Shown: piece by piece, positions 1 through 13,705 of the stretch
How positions within the stretch are numbered: the first letter of the stretch is position 1
How the letters are laid out: each line of letters opens with the position of its first letter
Assembly: GCF_006345805.1 (NCBI RefSeq)
Contig: NC_042999.1
Span: forward strand, 57,908,001 to 57,972,000
Source of the DNA: Octopus sinensis
Lineage: Eukaryota
Direction of reading: 5' to 3'
DNA: 64,000 bases
Made by a program: the position numbers and the translations under genes
The notes under the pieces: generated by a model
What the model was told of the DNA's origin: nothing
What the model saw: the letters and a program-made list of their open reading frames with translations, nothing else
The model's database searches: none

Positions 1-154
1 GTCAAATAATGCAAGCGACATTTCAAGGGCCGTTCAACTTGCTAGAAACAGCAGCCAAATTCTCCCTAAAAAGACGACATATCGTCTTAATTAATTTATT
101 AGATGATGTAGTCTAGCAAAAGGATTCTCAAAGTGGGCTCTGTGAAAAAATCCC
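1..154 (+). repeat. Left copy of 154-bp inverted repeat (partner 5733-5886); may extend beyond window start
   Basis: Reverse complement of 5733-5886 with 6 mismatches counted by eye. Confidence 0.9.
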
Positions 155-531
155 CTAAACGAAATGCCGCTAAACATTTCTCCCAGGGCGCGATTAGACG
201 GTTTCTTGATAAAAGAGTTTTGCTAAATGGATCAAAACTAAAAGCCAAGTAATTTTGGTTCTTATTTTAGGAATGTACATGACCCTCAGCCTGGCTAAAT
301 CAGTACGGTGATCGTTAAACAGAGCCTCATTGCAACTTTTAAGTTGCGCCTAGATACCTCTGAACGATATCAACAGTGAGGCTATAAAATTGCATAAAGT
401 CTGTTCTAAAGGTGTTAGAAGATAACAAAAATAAATGACTAAACGAAATCATCTTTCTCAACATTTGATTTCCTTAAACCTCTTATACAAGCTCATATGG
501 TCGTTGATGGGAGGAAGTTCCGTTAGTTGTG

Positions 532-893
532 CATCTGATTTGGTACCAGTAAACTATTCATTTGACTGGGATTGAAATTTCTACACTTTCTGATGGGATT
601 TTTAATAAAGGATAAATGATTCGGAGTATTCCCTAGTTCAACGTCTGAAATAAATTTTGAAATGGAAAATAGAACATGCGAAAAATGCCCTTGTAGGTAG
701 TCTCGCGTAGTCATCCAATCTTTTAAAGGCGTTCCAAAATCCACGACTCGTCCATCTGGTACCAGAACAATACTGTGCTTTCTTTTGATTGGGATTGAAA
801 TTTCTACTCTTACTGATGGGCTTTTAATAAAAGACAAATGACTCGGAGTGTCCCCTAGTTTAACGTCTGAAATAAATTTTGAAATGGAAAATA
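532..893. repeat. Imperfect direct duplication (~110-bp core at 561-671 and 784-893, period ~223 bp)
   Basis: TTTGA[CT]TGGGATTGAAATTTCTAC...ACGTCTGAAATAAATTTTGAAATGGAAAATA present twice. Confidence 0.85.
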
Positions 894-1208
894 AGATAGA
901 TAATGTAATCTGGGATACGTTGGATAAAGCCTGAAAATAATGCGAAAGCACGAACTTAACCTGGGGCGGAATGACAATAACTAGCGAGAATCCAGTGCTG
1001 ATATACTAGCTAGTAACCAGCTAGATTTGATGAAATAAATTTGATAATAAAGCTGTCGACCCAGATATGGATATGCCCAATAATGGTCAAATCCCGTCGT
1101 ATGAAGTTTATTTTGGTCTATGTATTCGCTTGTGACTAAGAAAGCAGCAGCGACAGTAATAGCTTAACTCGACAATAAGTTGAGATGAACAGTGGTCAGG
1201 ATATGAGG

Positions 1209-1224
1209 GGCCCTTAAAAGGGCC
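1209..1224 (-). terminator. Histone mRNA 3' stem-loop of H2B
   Basis: GGCCCTTTTAAGGGCC on minus strand, 27 nt after the stop. Confidence 0.95.
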
Positions 1225-1251
1225 ATTTGGGTTTTCAAATACGAGGAAGAT

Positions 1252-1623
1252 TTACTTGGTGCTGGTGTATTTTGTGACAGCTTTCGTACCTTCAGAGACA
1301 GCGTGTTTGGCCAACTCACCAGGGAGGAGAAGACGGACAGCGGTCTGGACCTCACGACTGCTGATAGTTGAACGTTTGTTGTAGTGAGCTAAACGGCTGG
1401 CCTCATTAGCGATTCTTTCGAACAGATCGTTAACAAAGCTGTTCATGATGGACATAGCTTTGCTCGAGATGCCAGTATCAGGATGGACTTGTTTCATGAC
1501 TTTGTAGATGTAGATAGAATAACTTTCCTTCCTCTTCCTCTTCCTCTTCTTGTCTCCAGTACGAGGGACTTTAGATTTGGACGCCTTTTTGGCTCCTTTG
1601 ACGGGTGTTGGTGTAGGTGGCAT
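1252..1623 (-). CDS. H2B: Histone H2B (123 aa, intronless)
   Basis: [34 protein letters not shown]...[24 protein letters not shown] histone fold; 3' stem-loop. Confidence 0.99.
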   Translation of the reverse strand: MPPTPTPVKGAKKASKSKVPRTGDKKRKRKRKESYSIYIYKVMKQVHPDTGISSKAMSIMNSFVNDLFERIANEASRLAHYNKRSTISSREVQTAVRLLLPGELAKHAVSEGTKAVTKYTSTK

Positions 1624-1891
1624 GATTGAATGCGAGATTCGATGCGAAGTGACAATACCACCAAGTTTACTCTATTTATAGCTGACAAGTAGGCTCACCG
1701 GACAAGGAACACCAAACAGTTTGGCGCGTTTTAATCTCATTGGTGGAAATTGACATAAGCAATAATCACATGATAATGGTGAGAAAAATAATTTTTACTA
1801 ACTGCTGGAGCCTATAGAAGCCTATATAAAGATAGATTTCCCACATAAGCTCACTGCACACTTATTTAAGCGATCTTCATTCTGTATAACT
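1624..1891. promoter_or_regulatory. Bidirectional H2B/H2A promoter
   Basis: TATAAATA on minus (~1673-1681), TTTGGCGCG E2F-like (~1720-1728), CCAAT on minus 1739-1743, ATCACATGAT 1765-1774, TATATAAA (~1823-1830). Confidence 0.75.
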
Positions 1892-2269
1892 ATGTCTGCG
1901 CGTGGAAAAGGAGGCAAAGTGAAAGGAAAGAGCAAGACTCGATCATCTCGTGCTGGACTTCAATTCCCTGTAGGCCGTATCCACCGTCTTCTCCGTAAAG
2001 GAAACTATGCCGAGCGAATTGGCGCCGGAGCTCCAGTCTACCTAGCAGCTGTAATGGAATATTTAGCTGCTGAAGTGTTGGAGTTGGCTGGAAATGCTGC
2101 CAGAGACAACAAGAAATCTAGAATCATTCCGCGTCACTTGCAGTTAGCCATTCGCAACGACGAAGAATTGAACAAACTTTTGTCAGGTGTTACTATCTCG
2201 CAGGGTGGCGTCCTTCCCAACATCCAAGCAGTTCTTCTTCCCAAGAAGACCCAGAAAGCCTCTAAGTAA
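1892..2269 (+). CDS. H2A: Histone H2A (125 aa, intronless)
   Basis: [22 protein letters not shown]...[16 protein letters not shown]...[16 protein letters not shown]; no SQ(E/D)Y H2A.X tail; 3' stem-loop. Confidence 0.99.
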   Translation: MSARGKGGKVKGKSKTRSSRAGLQFPVGRIHRLLRKGNYAERIGAGAPVYLAAVMEYLAAEVLELAGNAARDNKKSRIIPRHLQLAIRNDEELNKLLSGVTISQGGVLPNIQAVLLPKKTQKASK

Positions 2270-2299
2270 ACATTTTGGTTTCTTAGTAATATTATTAAA

Positions 2300-2315
2300 G
2301 GTCCTTTTTAGGGCC
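2300..2315 (+). terminator. Histone mRNA 3' stem-loop of H2A
   Basis: GGTCCTTTTTAGGGCC (one U-G pair), 30 nt after the stop. Confidence 0.93.
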
Positions 2316-2508
2316 ATTAACATTTAAGTATCGTCATTCTCAACTGATTATTCAAGAAAACGATTCTAAAGATACCCGAAGTAAACCGTTTGCAGTTTAT
2401 CGTACTGGACATTTTCAGCCCAACCAGTTGGTGCTAAGTCCAATTGAACAGGTTTATTTACCATTCAAGTCTCGTCTTAGGTCGCTTTGTAACGGCATTA
2501 CAAATATA

Positions 2509-2740
2509 TATATTTCTTTACTACCCACAAGGGGCCAAACACAGAGGGGACAAACAAGGACAGACAAAGAGATCAAGTCGATTACATCGACCCCAGTGCG
2601 TAACTGGTACTTAATATATCGACCCCGAAAGGATGAAAGGCAAAGTCGACCTCGGCGGAACTTGAACTCGGAACGTAAGGACAGATGAAATACGGCTACG
2701 CATTTCGCCCGGTGTGCTAACGTTTCTACCAGCTCGCCGC
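2509..2740 (-). mobile_element. tRNA-derived SINE, family B (GGCGAGCTGGCAGAAACGTTAGCAC head; ...GTAGTAAAGAAATA tail)
   Basis: A/B-box-like head (GAGTTCAARTTCC); near-identical copies at 13491, 19708, 44852, 45035. Confidence 0.88.
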
Positions 2741-3808
2741 ATAAACGTAGCAACTATGCTGTAATTTTGAATCTATTTTGCCCACTCAGAAAGATTAATA
2801 CCCATCTTTTCCTGGGAATTTATCCTCAGATGAAAACCGTGACAACAGATTGTAACTACACTAAAGGAGCCCAAATATATTGCCAGAGAAGTCATAAACT
2901 TTGAGTTTTCCATATAGGAATTTATTTTCCATCTGTCATAAATAGTATCCTTAAATGTACAATGTCTGGTCCGAAAATGTTTTAGATATGTAAAATGCTC
3001 ATCTTGGAGTACACACACACTCCACTGAAAAAATAAATACCGCAATACTCCGGCCATAACCGTTGAAACAATTTTAAAGATGAAGATTAAAAAAAGAGAC
3101 AGAAATTTCAATATTTTTATAAAATTCACCGTGGTGAAGAAAGAATACAGATACAACCTGTTTTGTTTTAAACAGTGAAGATACACAAAATATCTCATTT
3201 TGGAGATGTCGCCCTTCTCTTTTGTAGAAATAGTTACCCACGAGTCTGAGGCTTCAAGTTAATGCAGAGATAATAAATAGGTTTGTGACGCCTAAGCCTT
3301 CGAAGCGACGTCGCTATTTGATCAAACCAATTGTAGCTTGAGTTTCATACAGGCGTAAGGAAGGCCACATTAAAAAATTTTTAATGCACATAAATATCTT
3401 ACATTAATTACGAAATTTTAATTATAAAGTAAGAAATAAATAAGTAAACTAACCTTTAAATGACATTTAATGAATAAATATTAACATTGTAATCAACGGG
3501 AATATTTTTATACAAAATCCAGATTTGAGTTGGCAGATTCTCCTTGAGACAGGTTAGTTTTTTCCCTGCCAGTCGATCGCGTTTGGCTGGCGACAGTTTG
3601 ACGCATTGAAATAAAGCCTTTGAAAAATAGAACACTAGCAGAGGTCAAGCATTTTCTTTACCAAGTAGTAGACTTCTTAGACCCAGATATATTTCATAGA
3701 TAAAGTTAATCTATGCGATAAGTGGTTCAGCTACTTTTTTTTGCACATACGCAACTTGCAGGGTGGGAGTGTGAAGTTTGTATTGCATATGATTAACATC
3801 TGTAAATG

Positions 3809-3844
<36 letters not shown>

Positions 3845-4401
3845 AATAATAATAATAATAAATGATACGTGCAGAATTAAGTAGGGTGAATGACGACATT
3901 TTTTCACACATTCACACGTAAAGTGGTTTGGACACTATGAAACGTGCTTAGAAAATTACATTGTAATAATAATAACGCGAGTTATTTTCAGCTTTTCAGT
4001 TAATTGCTATGATCAGGGAGTAGGGTGAGCAAAATCGCATTTTCCTTATTGAATTTGCCAACTCCGGTGGTTCTTTCTAATGTAGGAGACATTGGAAATA
4101 AAACGCATTTTGGTCAGAAACTGGGATTGTAAATAGATTAGCTAAATTGTTCTTTTATTGCAGTTCTATTCACATTTTTGGAGCCTTATGGAAATATTAA
4201 ATCTATCCGACTTCACTGGTAAATGATCATATTTTCCAACTGTGACTATTCTGTCTTCATTTTCTGTCAAGGTATACACTAAGACTAGGGGCTCACCAAC
4301 TAATTTTACTCGGAATCCGTTATATGATTTTCAAAAAATCACAAAACCCACCGTCATCCTAATTTCAAGACCTTATCTGAAATAAAAATTATTTTTGAAA
4401 T

Positions 4402-4790
4402 TGGCTGTGTGGTAAGTAGCTTGTTTACCAACCACATGGTTCCGGGTTCAGTCCCAGTGCGTGGCACCTTGGGCAAGTGTCTTCTACTATAGCTTCGGGC
4501 CGACCAATGCCTTGTGAGTGGATTTGGTAGATGGAAACTAAAAGAAGCCCGTCGTATATATGTATATATATATGCGTGTGTATGTTTGTGTGTCTGTGTT
4601 TGTCCCCCTAGCATTGCTTGACAACCGATGCTGGTGTATTTATGTCCCCGTTACTTAGCGGTTCGGCAAAAGAGACTGATAGAATAAGTACTGGGCTTAC
4701 AAAAGAATAAGTCCCGGGATCGAGTTGCTCGATTAAAAGGCGGTGCTCCAGTATGGCCGCAGTCAAATGACTGAAACAAATAAAAGAGAG
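4402..4790 (+). mobile_element. tRNA-derived SINE, family A (CORE-like central domain)
   Basis: GGCTGTGTGGTAAG A-box, GGTTCAGTCCC B-box, GGCACCTTGGGCAAGTG CORE-like motif, internal (TA/TG)n; >10 copies in window. Confidence 0.9.
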
Positions 4791-4794
4791 TATA

Positions 4795-5183
4795 TACTCT
4801 TTTACTTGTTTCAGTCATTTGACTGCGGCCATGCTGGAGCCACGCCTTTAATCGAGCAACTCGACCCCAGGACTTATTCTTTTGTAAGCCCAGTACTTAT
4901 TCTGTCGATCTGTTTTGCCGAACCGCTAAGTAACGGGAATATAAACACACCAGCATCGGTTGTCAAGCAATGCTAGGGGGACAGACACACAAACACACAC
5001 ACGCACATACATATAAATACATATATACGACGGGCTTCTTTCAGTTTCCGTCTACCAAATCCACTCACAAGGCTTTGGTCGGCCCGAGGCTATAGTAGAA
5101 GACACTTGCCCAAGGTGCCACGCAGTGGGACTGAACCCGGAACCATGTGGTTGGTAAACAAGCTATTTACCATACAGCCGCTC

Positions 5184-5186
<3 letters not shown>
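4795..5186 (-). mobile_element. SINE family A, tail-to-tail with 4402-4790
   Basis: Reverse complement of the same consensus, head ends CTCCTG at 5186. Confidence 0.9.
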
Positions 5187-5657
<471 letters not shown>

Positions 5658-5732
5658 CATTAAATTGAATAATGGTGGAAAGCATTGGGTTTATAAAATA
5701 AATCTTTATTCAACTTTATCACTCGAAACCCC

Positions 5733-5886
5733 GGGATTTTTTCACAGAACCCACTTTGAGAATCCTTTTGCTAGACTACATCATCTAATAAATTAATTAA
5801 GACGACATGTCGTCTTTTTAGGGAGAATTTAGCTGCTGTTTCTAGCAAGTTGAACTACCCTTGAAATGTCGCTTGTATTATTTGAC
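5733..5886 (-). repeat. Right copy of 154-bp inverted repeat (partner 1-154)
   Basis: See left copy. Confidence 0.9.
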
Positions 5887-5995
5887 TTTTTGGGAGGAAG
5901 AGCGTAATTTAACACAATCCTATCCATTACGAAGAAAAAGATATTGATAAATATCTCTTTTAGAAGTGCATTATTTTATTAGTACTGTTTCTTGA

Positions 5996-6180
5996 AGGCG
6001 GCGAGCTGGGAGAAATGTTTAGCGGCATTTCGTCTGTCTTTGTGTTCTGAGTTCACGTTCCGCTGAGATCAATTTAACCATTTGATGAGCGATTAAATAA
6101 GTACCATTTGCGTCCTGGGATCGATATCATCAACTTACTTAAATCCCCCAAAATTTCAGGATTGTGCTTAAAACACAAAG
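5996..6180 (+). mobile_element. Degenerate SINE family B with a head deletion
   Basis: GGCGGCGAGCTGGGAGAAATGTTTAGCGGCATTTCG...GAGTTCACGTTCCGCTGAG. Confidence 0.7.
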
Positions 6181-8523
6181 CATTATCAGTGCCGTTTCTT
6201 TTCCTTCTGCTAAAAATTGAATAATAGCTCAAGAAGAAATCTTTTAAATCCTTCAAACACGGCGCCAATACTTGATGTAAAGAATGCAATGTTGCTTAAC
6301 CCCAAGTCAGCCTATATCCTGCAAACGTCTCGAAAGGATACGGACGGGACCATCCTGTCTTCTTAGGGACTTTAGGACTACATTAACGTGTCCTTCCCTT
6401 TTCTAAAAGCAGTATTATGTAACCTGGCTGCTATTTCTCGCCCGTATGATAAATACAACTGTCAATGACAGTTGGTGCAGAAAGCGGGCGTGAATGTAAA
6501 GAAAGAATTACTTTATTCTGCGCTTACTGAACTGAACTTACAAAGTTTGGGCGCTTCTCCTTTGTTATTTCACATTTCAATCTTTGTGTCAAAATTCTTT
6601 AAAAAAAATCTTAGACATTTTCTTTTCTTTACCTTTTTTTTTTTGCATCTTATGATAAATATTTAAACTTCAGAAACGTTAAAATTGATTTCATTTCATT
6701 TTGAAATGCAAACAAATAACAAATAAAGATTTACCAATACTGTTTCCCTCACCGCATATTATTTTCTACTTTAGTATTTGGTGCTCCCATAAATAAATTG
6801 CTTTCATATTTTGGCACAAAACCAGCAAATTTACGGTAGGTATCAATCGATTACATCGACTCCAGTGCTCAGCTGGTACTTATTGTAAATAATATCTAAT
6901 TGTAACTTATTCTCTGATTGTCTTTGATACAAGGCTAGAGAATCTGGTGGAGGGTATTGTTAATTAGCACAAAACCTTAAATATATTAACAAAGGCCAGC
7001 TTGGCGCGATTTGGACTTATCAAATATTCGCGCCCTTTTGCCAACAGAAATTACCGGTTTCCAGCTTATTCCTTTTCCAACCACTACTACAGATTATAAC
7101 CGCCTTGTCTAGAGTGTATTGGTTGCTAGTTATGTATTGCATATTACATATATTCAACTTTAAATTTTTAACCAACTTCTCACGCCTTCCTTTCTACAAT
7201 TTCCATCTAATTCCAAAAAGCGAAGTAATGTTAATTGATCGCATTATTTTCCTTATCACCGTCTAACAAAAACGAGGGTTATATTGAATAATGCGATTCT
7301 TTAGTTCCTTCAGCTAATTATATCCATATTCCCATACATACAGTATATGAATTGAAAAGAGGTAGTCACAGTTGGAACGCATTTGATCATAGGTCTGCTT
7401 CACTAGGACATGTCGTTTACTTGCCAAACGTTTGATTCTGACAGCTGTTTGTAGTCTCATTGTGCAACAAATTCTTCTCGTCCCACCAAACTCATTTTAA
7501 TACGAATCCGTATTAAGTGATCTAGACATTGTTTTGCGACCGGGTTCTTTTTCTTAGTTACAACAACAGAAAATATTCATTGAGTGGGGAATAAAAAACC
7601 AATAAATTCACTGGTTTCAGTAAATTGGGCTGGAACACCACCTAAAGTTTTTAGTCGAAATTATCGATTCTGTTTAGCAGGGTTAATTTGCTTTTGGCGT
7701 AAAGGGGCCTACTATAATATATGCGAATAATCTATAAAGAAAGGACCACTGACTGATTAGCATCAAGCCGTTAACTGAACCAACTTAGTTGCTCGACCTG
7801 CTAGAAATAGCAGCTGTACGTTGTTGTTTTTTTTAATGAACTTAGGTTCTTTTCACCTGAAAAAGGTAGGATGGTTATGGCTAGAATGTTTTTGTACCAC
7901 GACTAGCCTCCACCTTTCGAATCTGATCCATGCCACTCATGCACCCCTACCCTTATGGTCCATATTATATCCACCACGTCACGAGCTAACCACAAGGCAG
8001 TTATCCCAGTTGAGCCTAAGTCAGTGCTCTTTGAGCTAAGGGCGGACTAGGAACCCTTCCTTTACACTAAAAGAAAAAAACTCCATCTACCAAGTTACAA
8101 TGAAGCTATTAATTTAACTGGCACTACAAAAGGGATCGCTTAAGGTGACACGGGGTGGAAACAAAACGTGGAAATTCTTCTCTTTAGTGAAATTCAATTA
8201 TCTGAAAAGATGTTTTTTTACATCCGGCCGTACGAAAAACATCTAGATAAAACTTGGTTTTGGATATTTTACCTCATTACTAAAAATTCCACCATACTAA
8301 TAGCGAAATACCTTTGCTGTAGACATGAATGGGTAAACAAGAATACTTAACATGTATACAAATGTTTGCCTCAGTTTGTCATGCGTTTAGGGAAGTGATA
8401 AGATTCTAGACAATATATTAATTGCAAATCATATAGTTCAAGGTTAAAACGCACAGTAAAGTAACAATATAAAGCAAATCTTATTACATGGGTCAGGAGA
8501 ATGATTAACAATAAAATATAAGT

Positions 8524-8539
8524 GGCCCTGAAAAGGGCC
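8524..8539 (-). terminator. Histone mRNA 3' stem-loop of H4
   Basis: GGCCCTTTTCAGGGCC on minus strand, 20 nt after the stop. Confidence 0.96.
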
Positions 8540-8559
8540 GTATAGAAGCTAAATTTAGT

Positions 8560-9538
<979 letters not shown>

Positions 9539-9563
9539 TTTTTTTTTATTTATTCAGTCCCAC

Positions 9564-9579
9564 GGCCCTTTCCAGGGCC
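9564..9579 (+). terminator. Histone mRNA 3' stem-loop of H3 (loop UUCC) followed by purine-rich GAGAAAG
   Basis: GGCCCTTTCCAGGGCC; GAGAAAG 12-18 nt downstream. Confidence 0.92.
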
Positions 9580-9784
9580 ATTTATTTTCTGAGAAAGTGT
9601 CCCGCATATTAAGTGATTTGTGATTTCTAATATATTCTCTAATATACAGTTTACCAAAGGGGTTGTTTTTTTTAAATTCAGAATCCCTATTAATGAATTC
9701 TATACGTACGTAAGCAGTTAAGTAATCATTGAAATAAAGTTTCTTCGCCTGTTTTGTGCAGGGAGAAGACAATTCTTTAGCTTC

Positions 9785-10138
9785 AGTGGCTGTGTGGTAA
9801 GTAGCTTGTTTACCAACCAGATGGTTCCGGGTTCAGTACCACTGAGTGGCACTTTGGGCAAGTGTCTTCTACTATAGCCTCGGGTCGACCAAAGACTTGT
9901 GAGTGGATTTGGTAGACGGAAACTGAAAGAAGCCCGTCGTATATATATGTATATATGTGTGTGTGCCCCTAACATCACTTGACAACCGATGTTGGTATGT
10001 TTACGTCACTGTAACTTAGCGGTTCGGCAAAAGAACCGATAGAATAGGTACTAGGCTTACAAAGAATAAGTCCTGGGGTCGACTTGCTCGACTAAAGGCG
10101 GTGCTCTAGCATGGCCGCAGTCAAAGAGTAAAAAGAGT
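9785..10138 (+). mobile_element. SINE family A
   Basis: Matches family A consensus along its length. Confidence 0.9.
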
Positions 10139-11913
10139 TAAGGAAGATTCTGGAATCCGAAGAGCTATAGATCGAAATAATTTTCCTTTTAACTAGCTAG
10201 ATTCGACAAGGCTATTTAAACAAGAGGGTGATTTGGTTACCATTTTTACAAGGTCCAGCAACCACGAAGGGATGCATACGTGTCGACCATTAATCTACCT
10301 GTCGAGGTCCCAGCAGTAAATTATTCAATAAATAGTAATCGATGGGAGGCTACTCTACTAACATTTTAGAAACATTGTGTCCCTTATATTCACTTATAAT
10401 TTAATGACTTATTGTCAGAAGAGGGAAGACTATGACCCTCTCGGGGGTTCCAAAAAGCTGGGAAGAAGTTATCCTCAGCCATGTCGGCGGCATGAGCACA
10501 GTGATTTCAAATCTACAAAGGCAAATGCGTTTTTATCTGGTGAAATGACAGTTTTTAATAGTTCCTCTATAGTCTGCAAACTGAGAATCCATTATAAATT
10601 GGTAAGTTATGATTAGGTAATGGTAATGCCGAAAGAGTATTATAAAAACGATTGAGACTACACAGAAACGACATGCTACATTTAGCAAATTTACAAATAA
10701 GTCTAAATTTAATGAAACTGGATTAATTGCCATTTTATGGTATATTTTATAAATCAACATTCAGATATTCCAGTATGTGGTCTTTTCCATTTCGTACCGA
10801 AGGTTGTTATTTACGTACCTATTGACAACTTTATCTAAGATGACTCTGTAATTAACCGCTAAATTACATATCTCCCGCCTAAACTTGCTCCATTCATGTC
10901 TTCGCCAGGGTCTAAATATTACAGAATTGTTGCCTCATAGTAGGTGTTATAAGACATTTCTGTTTAAGGCAAAGACTAATTACACTGTTGGTTTTAGCAG
11001 GGACTGGAATGGTAAGTTACGATTTAAACAAACCTGGTTTGATTCGTGAAAAGTTGGCGTAAATATTCTGATAACAAAAAGTTTGGAAAGAATCAGATCG
11101 GAATTTATCTGTTATTCTAACTATAAATTCAAAGACCAACAACGACATGGTCTAATGCATCTTTCATTTTTAATACGATAGGGTTCGATTTTGAGAAAAT
11201 ACTGAAGATTGAGCGGCCACAAATGTTCGCGCATGGCTTGAACTTATCAAACTTGTTTATGTTAATCAGGAGGAAGCAAAACAATCTAATAGATTTTTGA
11301 AAAAGTAAGACAAAATACACTATATTTATATCATTAACTTTTTTCTTCCTACAGCCTTCTTAAGTTCATCATTCGTAATTTCGCCAACAAGATTACGCAC
11401 CTCCCGGTATCAATATTGATTTCAGTCATATGCACAAGAAAAAAAGCGGAAAGTTGCGTCGATTTTAATGATCATGGTGGAATTTTTAACTCAGAACTTA
11501 GAATACCACTCGATATTTCATCAACCACTCTACACTACATTTTATTATCTCTCGTACAACTGATAATATTAGGGATCTTTTCCTTTTGATGGACGGAATT
11601 TTCTAGTTAACTAAAACAATACAGTCTTCTTGGTCATTAATAATGATTATGATTTTTTGAGCAAGTCGATTCATCTTGAGAAATGAAATTTCTTTTCATA
11701 TTTATATCTCCATTATTTCTGATCATCGCTTGTCATCATAGCATTGAATATTGTCGTCTGGTATAAACTTCAAAAAGACGAGGTGATCACCGCTTGAATA
11801 ATTTTGTTCTTCATTTGGTCGATCGGGACTAATAGTAGTATATTTCATATTTGGAAACTAAGTAAATTCTCAGTACTTCAAACTTTTAGCTGATCTGGAA
11901 TAAAGAAATAGTT

Positions 11914-12118
11914 GGTACAATTTAAGAAGTGCGCGCACTCGCACATCCGCGCTAGCTAGTCGTGACTAGTTGATCCTTACTTTGTTTTAAGAAAAATTAT
12001 TTATTTTGTGTAAAAAAATTATTTATTTTCTGTTTTATTTACTTTGCTAGGTAGTCATTGTAGGAACGACTAGCTAGCGCGAGTGCGCGCACCGGGACCA
12101 CACTTCTTAAATAGTGCC
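11914..12118. mobile_element. MITE, Mutator-like (9-bp TSD)
   Basis: TIR GGTACAATTTAAGAAGTG / CACTTCTTAAATAGTGCC, sub-terminal GCGCTAGCTAGTCG inverted blocks, TSD GAAATAGTT at 11905-11913 and 12119-12127. Confidence 0.85.
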
Positions 12119-12742
12119 GAAATAGTTAATCGATGTTATTGGTAAATATCTACGACTTCATTTAATTTTTGGTTCTCAACCAACCAATAATAGTTTCTGT
12201 ACATGGTCACTTGATCTGCATAAAATAACAGCCAGATCTCTCTCGGACGACACCACACTAAATAATGTAGTTCTTCATATACAGTAAGATGGTAAATTGG
12301 CAGTCTTTAAAGTACCGATAAAATGCCATGCGGTTTTCCGGATTTCTGCGCTGTGAGTTCAAATCCCGTTATGACTGACTACGTTTCATTCTTTCGAGGT
12401 CGACTAAATATCAATCTAATACTGAACACGATACACTTCGCTCTTACCTTCTTTTTTTTTTTTTGTGTGTGTGTGGTAGTGGTGGTGGTTGGGATAATCT
12501 AATCCAAAGATCCAAATTAGCCATGCTGTTTCTAACTGAGAATTGCATTAAAAGCACACACAGAATGCACATTGAACGATGTAGTCGTAGACTAGATATT
12601 AAAAAAAAAATCCGGGATGGTCGCAGCTGGAACCTTCTATCGGGGTTGATCTAGAGCAAGCCTGGCCAACACGAATTACATTGCGGACCACTTTAGTCAC
12701 AGAAAGTTTTTTGAGGTTCTCTTGTATACTTTATGCACAAAA

Positions 12743-13152
12743 GGCGCAGGAGTGGCCGTGTGGTAAGTAGCTTGTTTACTAATCACATGGTTCCGGGTTC
12801 AGTCCCACTGCGTGGCACCTTGGGCAAGTGTCTTCTACTATAACCTCGGGTCGATCAAAGCCTTGTGAGAGAGGATTTGGTAGACGGAAACTGAAAGAAG
12901 CCTGTCGTATATATGTATATGTATGTATATATGTGTGTGTGCTTGTGTGTCTGAGTTTGTCCACCACCACCACCCAACATCGCTTGACAACCAATGCTGG
13001 TGTGTTTACGTCCACGTAACTTAGCGGTTCGGTAAAAGAAACCGATAGAATAAGTACTAGGCTTACAAAGAATAAGTCCTGGGGTCGATTTGCTCGACTA
13101 AAGGCGGTGCTCCAGCATGGCCGCAGTCAAATGACTGAAACAAGTAAAAGAG
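12743..13152 (+). mobile_element. SINE family A, full length
   Basis: GGCGCAGGAGTGGCCGTGTGGTAAG head to TGACTGAAACAAGTAAAAGAG tail. Confidence 0.92.
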
Positions 13153-13490
13153 TTATAGTCAAATAATCAAATTACAGAATCAAGAATTTTTCATTCTTTT
13201 CGTTTGTTTAAAATTTATGGAATTGCAAGCTATTGCTTTATTGCCACTTATAAATTTTTAATTTATTTTGAAACAAATGTTTTACACACACATAAATTTA
13301 TTCTGAAATTAAACACAATAAGGCGGTCACCCATTTCAAGAAAGTATCAAGCGGGCCTCAGGTTGGCCAGTCCAGATCTGGAGCAATGTTTCCCAACCTA
13401 CTTTCCCCCACAACTCACTGTAACTTTCTAGAAAATGTATGCCTCACTGCTGGGTGGGAAAATTTTTTATCTTTAATATTTTTATTACAA

Positions 13491-13705
13491 GGCGGAGAGC
13501 TGGCAGAATCGTTCGCATGCCGAGTAAAATGTTTAGCGACGTTTCATCCGTCTTCGTGTTCTGAGTTCAAATTCCGCCGCCGTTGACTTTGCCTGTCATC
13601 TATTTTGGGGTTCGATAAAAAAAAAAAGTACCAGTTAAGCACTGAGAGCGATGGTAATCGACTTACTCCCTCCCACGAAATTGCTGGCCTTGTGACAAAA
13701 TTTGA
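13491..13705 (+). mobile_element. SINE family B (diverged 3' part)
   Basis: GGCGGAGAGCTGGCAGAATCGTT head, GAGTTCAAATTCCGCC. Confidence 0.8.

Noticed and set aside
523-951. 142-aa ORF with an internal repeat
   Set aside because: Non-ATG start, explained by a DNA duplication, no recognisable domain
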